A DNA stretch of 64,000 bases from Planctomycetota bacterium (lineage in GTDB: Bacteria > Planctomycetota > GCA-002687715 > CAIWVZ01): positions 128,001 to 192,000 of the forward strand of contig JBGANV010000010.1 of the NCBI GenBank assembly GCA_044222185.1, in the 5' to 3' direction. Shown one piece after another: positions 30,182 through 38,302 of this stretch; within the stretch, counting starts at the first letter, position 1; each line of letters begins with the position of its first letter. The notes beneath the pieces were generated by a model that was given only the letters and a program-made list of their open reading frames with translations, did no database searches and was not told the DNA's origin. The translations under genes were made by a program, and so were the position numbers.

Positions 30182-31705
30182 GTGTTTGTCGGAACAGTCA
30201 GATGTGAGATCGAAGTCGGAAAGGCCTCCCAGGCGTTCCGCGGCTTCCGGCTCCTCCTCGTGGAGCCCGAGCACAAGGTCGATTGGGATGGACCCGTGGT
30301 CGCGGTTGATACGGTGCAGGCCAACGTCGGCGACATGGTCGTCGTCGCGCTCGCACCATTCGGCACGGGCCTCAACATCCCCGCGGATCTTCCGGTCGAG
30401 GCCGCGACGGTCGCGATCGTGAAGTCACTGTCGGGTACGCCGGCCGCTGCGCCGGCCCAGCGTCACGGCACGCCTCCGCCCGCGGCGCCCGCCCGTTCGC
30501 CGGACGGACCGCCGCGTCCGGAGCGCGCACCGGACGCGCCCCGGGGTGAGCGCGAGCCCGCGTTGCCGAGCCACATTCGGGACCTGATGGAAACCGCTCG
30601 GCCCGCCGCGCCACGCGATGCGGACGAGGGCGGTGCGCGGTTCGCCGACGAGGGACCGGGTGGTCCCCGTCGTCGCCGCCGCCGTCGCGGAGGTCGTGGG
30701 GGTCGCGGCCACGAGGACGGGTTCGAAGGCGGGCCCGAGTCCGAGGGCCAGGACGACGTGGCGTTCGCCGAGCCCGCCGACGAGCCGCGGAGCGGCGACG
30801 TACGCGAGCCCGTGGATGCACCGCCGGCCGCATTGCCGCCGCGCGACGATCGCGGTCACGGTCGTCGTGACGACCGCAGGCCACGCGATGATCGCGGCCC
30901 TCGCGAAGACCGTCCGATGCGCGACGATCGCGGCCCGCGTGAAGATCGCCCCATGCGTGAGGATCGCCCGGCACGCGACGAACGCCCCATGCGTGACGAA
31001 CGCCCCATGCGTGACGAACGCCCCATGCGTGACGAACGCCCCATGCGTGACGAACGCCCCCCGCGTGACGAACGCCCCCCGCGTGACGAACGCCCCGCGC
31101 GTGAGGAACGCCCCGCGCGTGAGGAACGCCCCGCGCGTGAGGAACGCCCCGCGCGTGAGGAACGCCCCGCGCGTGAGGAGCGCGGCCCGCGCGACGATCG
31201 CCCCATGCGGGACGACCGTCCAGCGCGCGACGACCGTCATCAAAGGGACGATCGCACGCGGGATGAACCCCGTGGTCCGCGCGAGGATCGCCCGCAACGC
31301 GACGAGCGCGGACCTCGAGAAGACCGGGGCCCGCGCGGCGAGGATCGGCCCCGCCGTGACGACGGTCACCGCCATCACGGCGGACAAGATCGCGGCCCCC
31401 ATGGCGAACCCCGTCCGCCCCGCGAGCCTCGCGAGCCGCTGCGCCCCGAGCGTCGCGAGCCGGCGTCGCCGGTGAGCGAGGCGAAGGCCATCGAGGGTTT
31501 CGACGCGCCCGCCGAACGCAAGCCAGCTCGCCAGGAGCCGTCGGGCGATCGTGGTGCGCGCCGGCCTGCGGGCGAGTCTTCCGCCGTGGTGTGGGACGCG
31601 TCGCCCGGTCCCGTCGGCGGCTTCGAGATCGCCGAGGACGTCGCGCTGACGTCGACCTCCGGCATCAAACGCCCCGTGAAGCGTCGCGGAGGCCTGCGTA
31701 AGTGA
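30182..31705 (+). CDS. BMC vertex protein (BMC-P, EutN/CcmL domain, aa ~1-84) fused to a ~420-aa disordered R/D/E/P-rich tail
   Basis: MFVGTV...RLLLVEP...VVAVDTVQANVGDMVVV...PVEAATVAIV aligns with the EutN/CcmL pattern; the frame stays open without stops through the repeat tail; stop overlaps the next BMC-T start (GTGA). Confidence 0.85.
   Translation: MFVGTVRCEIEVGKASQAFRGFRLLLVEPEHKVDWDGPVVAVDTVQANVGDMVVVALAPFGTGLNIPADLPVEAATVAIVKSLSGTPAAAPAQRHGTPPPAAPARSPDGPPRPERAPDAPRGEREPALPSHIRDLMETARPAAPRDADEGGARFADEGPGGPRRRRRRRGGRGGRGHEDGFEGGPESEGQDDVAFAEPADEPRSGDVREPVDAPPAALPPRDDRGHGRRDDRRPRDDRGPREDRPMRDDRGPREDRPMREDRPARDERPMRDERPMRDERPMRDERPMRDERPPRDERPPRDERPAREERPAREERPAREERPAREERPAREERGPRDDRPMRDDRPARDDRHQRDDRTRDEPRGPREDRPQRDERGPREDRGPRGEDRPRRDDGHRHHGGQDRGPHGEPRPPREPREPLRPERREPASPVSEAKAIEGFDAPAERKPARQEPSGDRGARRPAGESSAVVWDASPGPVGGFEIAEDVALTSTSGIKRPVKRRGGLRK
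30866..31255 (+). repeat. In-frame 18-bp tandem repeat (~21-22 units) encoding R(D/E)(D/E)Rxx
   Basis: Units such as cgtgacgaacgccccatg (RDERPM x4), RDERPP x2 and cgtgaggaacgccccgcg (REERPA x4), more degenerate toward the edges. Confidence 0.95.
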
Positions 31706-32304
31706 GATCGGCGACGGGCAGCGGATCGAGCCCACTCGGCGCCGTCGAGTGGGACAGCGTGGCGCGCGGGATCCAATCCGCCGATGCCCTGCTGAAGGCC
31801 GCGCCCGTCACGCCCCTTCTCATGCGACCGATCACGCCTGGGCGCTACCTGGCGCTCTTCACCGGCGAGGTCGAGGCCGTGCGTGCGTCCGTGGCGCGCG
31901 CCCTCGAGACCGGTGGCGAAAGCGTGATCGACCACCTCGTCCTGCCGAATCCGCACTCCGGGTTGTGGCTCGCGCTCGGTGCCCGCGGGCAGGATGGCGC
32001 GTTGTCGGCCGTCGGCGTGATCGAAACGCTCACGGTCTGCTCGCTGATCCTCGCCGCCGACACCGCGGCGAAGACCGGCGAGGTTCGCCTCCATGAAATC
32101 CGCCTCGCCATGGGCCTGGGCGGCAAGGCCTTCGTCGTGCTCACCGGCGAGGTCTCCAACGTCGAGGCGGCCGTTCAGCGCGGGGCCGACCTCGCGCGAG
32201 CGCGAGGATTCCTGTTGAGCTCGGTCGTGATTCCCAATCCGGATCCCACGACCGTCGACTTCCTGTCTCGGCCGCCGTCACCCTTCCGTGACTTCGTGGT
32301 CTGA
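31702..32304 (+). CDS. BMC tandem-domain trimer (BMC-Ts, PduT / H. ochraceum T1-like)
   Basis: LGAVEWDSVARGIQSADALLKAA...GRYLALFTGEVEAV, then ETLTVCSLILAAD.AAK...IRLAMGLGGKAFVVLTGEVSNVEAAV...VIPNP. Confidence 0.92.
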   Translation: MRSATGSGSSPLGAVEWDSVARGIQSADALLKAAPVTPLLMRPITPGRYLALFTGEVEAVRASVARALETGGESVIDHLVLPNPHSGLWLALGARGQDGALSAVGVIETLTVCSLILAADTAAKTGEVRLHEIRLAMGLGGKAFVVLTGEVSNVEAAVQRGADLARARGFLLSSVVIPNPDPTTVDFLSRPPSPFRDFVV

Positions 32305-32338
32305 GCCAAACGAAACCACCATCGCAGAGGGTCAACGC

Positions 32339-32635
32339 ATGCCGCGCGGCTTCGACATCTTCAAGAAACCCGAGACGCCGAAGGAAGTGCCCGAGTCGGC
32401 TCCGAAGGAGACCTACTCCTGGTTCGGGCCGCCCGACACGACGGAACGGTTCCGATTCGCGATCGTTCGCGAGTCAGGCGACCAGGTCTCCCTGCAACCG
32501 GGGATGGTCAAGTTCAAGAAGGGCCTGACCTGCCTCCGCTGGAGCGCGGCCGAGGCCGGCGAGTCCGAGCTCTACATGGTCTTGAAGACGACGCCGACGC
32601 GCATCGACCTCCAGCGCGCGAAGAAGAAGGCCTGA
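32339..32635 (+). CDS. Small hypothetical protein, last gene of the BMC operon
   Basis: 98-aa ORF 34 bp after BMC-T, GAGG upstream, high-GC3 codon usage. Confidence 0.7.
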   Translation: MPRGFDIFKKPETPKEVPESAPKETYSWFGPPDTTERFRFAIVRESGDQVSLQPGMVKFKKGLTCLRWSAAEAGESELYMVLKTTPTRIDLQRAKKKA

Positions 32636-32669
32636 TCGCGCGTGCGGCGCGCCGCCTGCGCGCCGCCGC

Positions 32670-33095
32670 TCAGAGCGCCGCCCGCACCTGGTCGTAGCTC
32701 TTTCCGTCGCGTGCGATCGGCAGATCGCACTGCGCCCAGCCCTTGGCCACGCCGAAGGGGCCGCGCATTCCGTTGAAGCCACCGGCGACGTTCGACAGGT
32801 CCGTGAAACCCTCGGCGGCGAGGATGGTGCACGCCTGCCGGCTCCGTCCGCCGGACGCGCAACCCACGACGAGCTTCTGCGCCTTCGCGAACACTCGCGT
32901 GATGACCGGCACGAAATCCGGATTGGGGGCCATCCGCCCCATGGCGTCGAACTCGGCCAGGGGGACGTTGACGGCTCGCGGTGGGTGTCCCTGGGCGAAT
33001 TCCGCCGAGCTGCGGACATCCAGGTAGATGGCGGTCGGATCGTCGGTGAGCAGCGCGTGCGCCTCCGGCGGCGTCAGGTCCTTCGGTGCTTGCAT
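32670..33095 (-). CDS. Single-domain rhodanese (sulfurtransferase)
   Basis: YLDVRSSAEFAQGHPPRAVNVP, active-site loop GCASGGRS, NVAGGF...W; start estimated at ATG 33095. Confidence 0.9.
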   Translation of the reverse strand: MQAPKDLTPPEAHALLTDDPTAIYLDVRSSAEFAQGHPPRAVNVPLAEFDAMGRMAPNPDFVPVITRVFAKAQKLVVGCASGGRSRQACTILAAEGFTDLSNVAGGFNGMRGPFGVAKGWAQCDLPIARDGKSYDQVRAAL

Positions 33096-33273
33096 GGTCG
33101 CGAATCCTTGGGAGGCCGGATGATACGCGCACGTACCCAGGATCACAGCGCGGCGTTGGCGCGGGCTGCGTCCGGCGGTGCTGCGGTAGAGTCGCTGACT
33201 CCCAAGGATTTGCGACACGGGACGTGGAACTCGGGAACGCACGTGCGGAACCCGCGTCCAAGGAGCCGTCAGA

Positions 33274-33879
33274 GTGTCTTCTTCTGAGCCGAAAACCGAC
33301 TGGCAACTGATCAAACGGGTCGTCGATGACGGTGATCTCACCGCCTTCGACGCACTGGTCGATCGTTACCAGGACCGGATCTTCGGTGTGATCTCGAGGC
33401 TCGTCTCCGACGTGGAGCGAGGGCGGGATCTCACGCAGGAGACATTCCTCAAGGCATTCAGAGGTTTGCGGGGCTTCACGGGAGACGCTGCCTTCTATAC
33501 CTGGCTCTATCGCATCGCTCGGAACGTCGTCACCTCGGCCGGCCGATACGATCGTGCTCGCCCGGTGGTGGCCGTCTCCCTGGATGCGCCCACATCGAGC
33601 GGACGTGAAGACAGCGCCCGGATCGACCCGCCCGCGACCGGAGGCGACCCGGTGGAGAGACTGCTCGAAGACGAACGACGCGCGATGGTCCTGGCGGCCG
33701 TGGCCGAACTCCAGCTCGACTTTCGCGAGGTGCTGGTCCTGCGTGACTTCGAAGACCGCTCATACGAGGAGATCGCCGAGCTGCTCGAGATCCCGGTGGG
33801 GACCGTGCGCTCGAGGCTCCACCGCGCACGCGCCGACCTGAAGGAGCGACTGCGTCCGCTGCTTGCAAACCCACGATGA
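33274..33879 (+). CDS. ECF sigma factor (RpoE/SigW-like)
   Basis: AFDALVDRYQ, DLTQETFLKAF, FYTWLYRIARN, SYEEIAELLEIPVGTVRSRLHRAR. Confidence 0.95.
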   Translation: MSSSEPKTDWQLIKRVVDDGDLTAFDALVDRYQDRIFGVISRLVSDVERGRDLTQETFLKAFRGLRGFTGDAAFYTWLYRIARNVVTSAGRYDRARPVVAVSLDAPTSSGREDSARIDPPATGGDPVERLLEDERRAMVLAAVAELQLDFREVLVLRDFEDRSYEEIAELLEIPVGTVRSRLHRARADLKERLRPLLANPR

Positions 33880-35666
33880 CGTTCATGACACACGACTGCA
33901 CAAGAATTCGCGAGTGCTTGCAAGACGCGCTCGACGACCGCCTCGACCGCGAAGCGCGCGCCGACTTCGAGCGGCACGTCGCACATTGCGTCGGGTGTGC
34001 GAGCGAGTGGGATGGGTTCCGCTCCATGCGTGCCACCATGCGCGCGCTCGGCCTGCCGAAAGCGCCCGCGGGTCTGCGCGAATCGATCGCGTCCGCCGTG
34101 CGAGCGGAGATCTCGGGTGATCTACCGCGACCCCGGCAGTCGGCGAAAGTCCACCGATTCCTTCAGTGGTCGCGTCACTTCGCGGTCGCAGCGTCGGTGA
34201 TCCTCGTCGTCACACTCGGTTGGATCGCCGTCGAGCAGCGTCGGCAGGAGGCGACGGGTCCGGCTGCGACGAGCGAAGGGCTGGCGGTCGCCGAGAAGTC
34301 TGTCGCCCCAATCGACAAGTCGAAAGCAAGGAGCCTCGAGGCCAAGCCAGACGAGGAATTGCGTAAGGCACCCGCGAAACCGAGCGCGCCGGTGGTCGAT
34401 GCCGGACCGGCCGCAACACCGACCGCTCAGCCGAAACGAGGCGAGCCCGAGGGCGAAGCAGTCCTGGTACTCAAGAATCCGAATGGCTCGGGCGTGGAGG
34501 ACCGCCTCGGCGCAAAGGACAAGTCGGCGGCCGGCGACACTTCCTCCGGTGAGTTCAACGCTCCTGCGGCGGAAGGCGCCGCACCGCCGGCCCAGGTCCT
34601 CTCCGGACGCGACCCGTGGAGGGACGTGTCGGGGGGCGATCTTCCGAATCTGGCGGGTCTCCATTTCGACCGAAAAGAAGATGCGTCGGTCGCGATGTTC
34701 CTCACGAGCCTGGACCTGAACGTGCACGAGTTCGCCGTCCAGGTCCCGCTCAACGTTCAGACGACGGTCGACGCGTTCACGGTCGACCTGGACGAAGCGC
34801 TCGACCACCTGAGCGATCACGTCTCCGCCGCCGCGCCCGCGGAGCGCGCGAAGACTCGGGGCTCGACTTCCGGCCCTGGCGGCGAAGTCGTGCGCCGCAG
34901 CCCGGCGGAGCCCCGCAGTGCCCCGGGCGTGGGCGGACCCGAGGGCAAGTCGCCGTCGAAGGGAGACAAAGGCGTCGGCTCTCCGCGTGGCCTCGCACCC
35001 GGCGCTGCAGCGCCGGGTGGTGGCGGCGGCACCGCCAAGTCCAATCCGTCTCCGTCGCGCGGCGGCCGTGCGTCCCCGCAGGCGGGTGGCGCGAGGAACG
35101 AGCCGCAGCCGGACCCCAAGCCTGATGCGGATCGGTCCGTCGTCACGGCTGGCCTGGCTCCGAGCCGCGACGACGGCATGACGCCGGGCCCCGAGATTGC
35201 GCCGGCGTTCTACCTCGTCACGGGCGCTCAGGCGATCGCCAAGGTCGGCCGCCTCCTCGAGCGGAACGGCTTCCGCGCTCGCGAGATCCAACTCCGAACG
35301 ATCGACGGTGGGGCACCGTCTGCCGAGTCGAGAATGAAGAAGTCGAGCGAGGTCGGATTCCAGGTCGTGCGTGCGGCCGATGCGGCGGGGTTGGCGCCCG
35401 GGAAGAAGTACCGCGTGGTCGAGCTCGATCTACAGCGGTCGCAGGTGAATCCGTTCATCGGGGACCTGGAATCCGTTGAAGGGATCCGCCTCGCGCCCGT
35501 GGGACGTCGTGTCGACCCCGCCGCGCCGACGGACCCGGAGCCCACCGACGCTCGCCGCGCTGCTCCGGATGCGGCGCGCCACGCGAAGGCCGACGATCCT
35601 GAACGCACCGCCACTCAGGCGACACCCGCCACGACGACGCTTCGGCTGGTCATTCTCGAGCCCTGA
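33876..35666 (+). CDS. Zinc-binding anti-sigma factor (zf-HC2) with TM helix and long low-complexity extracytoplasmic region
   Basis: C...D..LD......HVAHCVGC (HxxxCxxC), TM FAVAASVILVVTLGWIAV; ATGA overlap with the sigma gene. Confidence 0.88.
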   Translation: MTFMTHDCTRIRECLQDALDDRLDREARADFERHVAHCVGCASEWDGFRSMRATMRALGLPKAPAGLRESIASAVRAEISGDLPRPRQSAKVHRFLQWSRHFAVAASVILVVTLGWIAVEQRRQEATGPAATSEGLAVAEKSVAPIDKSKARSLEAKPDEELRKAPAKPSAPVVDAGPAATPTAQPKRGEPEGEAVLVLKNPNGSGVEDRLGAKDKSAAGDTSSGEFNAPAAEGAAPPAQVLSGRDPWRDVSGGDLPNLAGLHFDRKEDASVAMFLTSLDLNVHEFAVQVPLNVQTTVDAFTVDLDEALDHLSDHVSAAAPAERAKTRGSTSGPGGEVVRRSPAEPRSAPGVGGPEGKSPSKGDKGVGSPRGLAPGAAAPGGGGGTAKSNPSPSRGGRASPQAGGARNEPQPDPKPDADRSVVTAGLAPSRDDGMTPGPEIAPAFYLVTGAQAIAKVGRLLERNGFRAREIQLRTIDGGAPSAESRMKKSSEVGFQVVRAADAAGLAPGKKYRVVELDLQRSQVNPFIGDLESVEGIRLAPVGRRVDPAAPTDPEPTDARRAAPDAARHAKADDPERTATQATPATTTLRLVILEP

Positions 35667-35917
35667 CGGCGCCCTCCGTTGCGTGAAGGGGTTCGGCCCG
35701 CACCCCTCGGGGCTATCATCCGCCCGTGTCTCCGTACCCGTCGAAGGCAGTTCGGCAGAAAAGTTCTCAGGCCGGCGGGGCTCTTTGCCGAAATGAAACG
35801 GTGCATTCGGGAAAAGGGGCCCCCGCCGAGGCGCCGGACCGGTCGCGTGTCGATCGGGAGGCGCACACGGTGACTGGGCCGTGCCACCGTGCCGCCCGTC
35901 AACCGAGGACATAGGCG

Positions 35918-36559
35918 ATGAAACGAAGTCCAGCCGACGAAACCCAAACCCAGACCGAACCGATCCTCGAGACCCGTACGATCACCGAAGAAATCGGTGC
36001 GGACGCGCGTGCTCTCATCCGTCAGCGCCGAGGCGCGGAAGTCCGACGCAAGTACGACTTCTCGGTGATCCGCACTCTTCGCCATCAGAAGGGCCTGACC
36101 ATCGAGAAGTTCGCGAAGGTCTGCGGGTTGTCCTACGCGCCGATCTCGCGCATCGAGACCAACCTGATCAAGCCCAACCTCGACACGCTCGACAAGATCG
36201 CCGAGGGCCTTGGGATCACGACCCACAGCCTGGTCGCGCTTGCCGAGAAGCGAGAGGCCGAGCTTCAGCGCACGGCTGAGCGCAGGGTCGGCGGATTTAC
36301 CTTCCGCACCGTGTCCTACGAGGGCATCGAGATCCAACACGCCTCGGCGAAGAAGGGCACGGCGACGGTCGACACGGAGTTCCAGGGGCAGAACGTCGCC
36401 TCGGTCGTCGTGAAGTCCGGCCTCCTTCAGATCCGCCTGAACGACAAGCAATACAAGCTTGCCGCCGGCGAGTCGCTGCACTTCGAGGGGTCGTGCAACC
36501 ACCGCCTCACCGCGCTCGAGGACGTCGAGCTCATGTTCGTCCTCCACCCGCGCCGGTGA
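35918..36559 (+). CDS. XRE-family HTH regulator with C-terminal cupin domain
   Basis: IRTLRHQKGLTIEKFAKVCGLSYAPISRIETN...PNLDTLDKIA; cupin V.SG.L...L.AGESLHF....H. Confidence 0.9.
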   Translation: MKRSPADETQTQTEPILETRTITEEIGADARALIRQRRGAEVRRKYDFSVIRTLRHQKGLTIEKFAKVCGLSYAPISRIETNLIKPNLDTLDKIAEGLGITTHSLVALAEKREAELQRTAERRVGGFTFRTVSYEGIEIQHASAKKGTATVDTEFQGQNVASVVVKSGLLQIRLNDKQYKLAAGESLHFEGSCNHRLTALEDVELMFVLHPRR

Positions 36560-36592
36560 TCCCGATCGGAGCCGCCGCCCGCGGCTCCGGCG

Positions 36593-37960
36593 TCACTTCT
36601 TCGCCGGCGGGGCGACGTCCATCGCCAGGCGGAAGCCGACGTCGCGCGAGCGTTCGAACAGCCCGCGCTTGAACCAGACCCAGCCGTTCGACACGTCTTC
36701 CTTGGCGCTGACGAACGAGCCGCCGCGGACCACGATGCCGTGGTCGTCGATCTTCGCCGGGTCGACGTCCTTGCCCTGGTCGTACGTCGCAGCGTATTCG
36801 GCGACGTTGCCCGCCAGATCGAGGTGTCCGAACGGCCCTCGCCCCGAAGGGAAGCTGCCGACCGGCACCGCATCGCCGACCTTGCGTTCGACGTCGTTGC
36901 ACGCGTCCGCCTGCCACGCGTCGCCCCACGGGTAGGGCTTGCCTTCCTTGCCCCCGGCGGCGGCGCACCACTCGGCTTCCGTGGGGATCCGCGCGCCCTT
37001 CGACTCGGCGAACGCAAATGCCGACACGAGAGTCACGCAGCAGATCGGCTTGCGTGCCATCTCCTCCGGAAGCTCGTTGCCCACGGCGGGATCCTTCACA
37101 GGCCATAGCGGCTGGTTGGTTGCCGTGTCGAGCGGCAGGTGTTTCTTCTTGCCGGCCTCGTCCAGCGTCTTCCACCACTCGAAATACTCTGCGTGCGTGA
37201 CTTCACGGAGTCCGATGTACACGTCCTTTGGAAGCGTCGTCGCGCGTCGGCCCTTGCGGCGCTGTTCCGTCCCGAACCCGGCGGTACCGAGCATCCAGTA
37301 GGCTCCGGCCGGGACCCGAGCGAACCCGGGGGGAGCGCCTCGCTGGTATTGCATCACCGGGTCTTTCGCGATCGCGAGATCCCAGCGCGCCCGGTCGAGC
37401 CCGTCCCACGCCTTGCGGAACGTTTCGGCGGCGGGGAAGAGATCCGCCAGCGTGGCATTCCAGATTTCATGAACGGGCTTCTCGCTGCCGAGCTCGCCCA
37501 GGACGGCCTGCGCCAGGGGCTTGGGCTCGAGCGCCGCGGCCTCCAGCGCGACCTCGTTCGCGACGGTCGCGAGCCGGGTCGTGAGGTAGGGCTCGAGGAG
37601 CTGCAGCTCCGGGTTCTCGATCTTCTTGAACGCGACCGGGCCGTCCTTCTTGAGCGCGGCAGCCAGTTGCTGGCGCACCGTCGGACCCTTCTTTTGGATC
37701 GCGACCTTCGCCGGGCCGGAAACCGGTTCGAGAACGCGCGCGAGTTCCGCCGTCCAGACCTGAGTCTGATCGGCGCGCGCCTCGGCGACGATCTTCTCGA
37801 CTTTCGTGTAGAGGCTTCGCGCGTCGCGCTGCGCGTCGTCGAATGCCTTCGTCGCCGCGTCCAGTGCCGCCTGCTTCTGCGCGACGTTGTCCCCAGGCTT
37901 CTGGGACAGCGCAGGAATTGCGAGTGCGGCCACGAACGTCCAGATCGCCAGTTGTCGCAT
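36593..37960 (-). CDS. Secreted FGE-sulfatase (SUMF1) domain protein
   Basis: Signal peptide, helical N-region, EVTHAEY, RIPTEAEW..AA.G...YPWG, PFG..DLAGNVAE, RGGSF, GFR. Confidence 0.88.
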   Translation of the reverse strand: MRQLAIWTFVAALAIPALSQKPGDNVAQKQAALDAATKAFDDAQRDARSLYTKVEKIVAEARADQTQVWTAELARVLEPVSGPAKVAIQKKGPTVRQQLAAALKKDGPVAFKKIENPELQLLEPYLTTRLATVANEVALEAAALEPKPLAQAVLGELGSEKPVHEIWNATLADLFPAAETFRKAWDGLDRARWDLAIAKDPVMQYQRGAPPGFARVPAGAYWMLGTAGFGTEQRRKGRRATTLPKDVYIGLREVTHAEYFEWWKTLDEAGKKKHLPLDTATNQPLWPVKDPAVGNELPEEMARKPICCVTLVSAFAFAESKGARIPTEAEWCAAAGGKEGKPYPWGDAWQADACNDVERKVGDAVPVGSFPSGRGPFGHLDLAGNVAEYAATYDQGKDVDPAKIDDHGIVVRGGSFVSAKEDVSNGWVWFKRGLFERSRDVGFRLAMDVAPPAKK

Positions 37961-38056
37961 GAAGTTCCCCGTCGTGGCCGGGATGCTACCACGGAGGCCC
38001 CGATCTCCGGCCTCGCCGGGTTGAACGATCGCGCGCTGGCGCGGATCCTGCCGGCC

Positions 38057-38302
38057 ATGGGGAAACCGAAACGCCCGGCGCCAGCGCCCGACGCGCCGCG
38101 CTTTACGGGCAAGGATCTCATCGGTGAGATGCTCGACCGGGATCCGCGCGTCGAAGCGGTCCTCCTGGAGTACGGACTTCCGTGCCAGTCATGCGTCGTC
38201 AAGGACTACGAAACGCTGGAGCAGGGGTGCATCCCGCTGGGGCTCAAGGCCCCGGAGATCCTGGCACGTCTGAACGCGCTGCCAGCGAGCCCCACGGGCT
38301 GA
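38057..38302 (+). CDS. DUF1858-like small CxxC redox domain protein
   Basis: FTGKDLIGEMLDRDPRVEAVLLEYGLPCQSC....ETLEQGC...GL...EILARLN pattern; embedded at the end of ORF 37139..38302. Confidence 0.75.
   Translation: MGKPKRPAPAPDAPRFTGKDLIGEMLDRDPRVEAVLLEYGLPCQSCVVKDYETLEQGCIPLGLKAPEILARLNALPASPTG

Noticed and set aside
30866-31255. Tandem repeat as a CRISPR array, or as alternative-frame repeat proteins (VTNAPC, TRGAF, GRSSR)
   Set aside because: No spacers and no cas genes; the 18-bp period is in frame with the BMC-P ORF, and the other frames are by-products.
35751-35792. Imperfect inverted repeat upstream of the XRE-cupin gene
   Set aside because: Could be an operator or terminator, but it is too weak to assign from sequence alone.
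36593-37960. Active formylglycine-generating enzyme
   Set aside because: The catalytic Cys pair after RGGS is absent; treated as a non-catalytic FGE-sulfatase domain.
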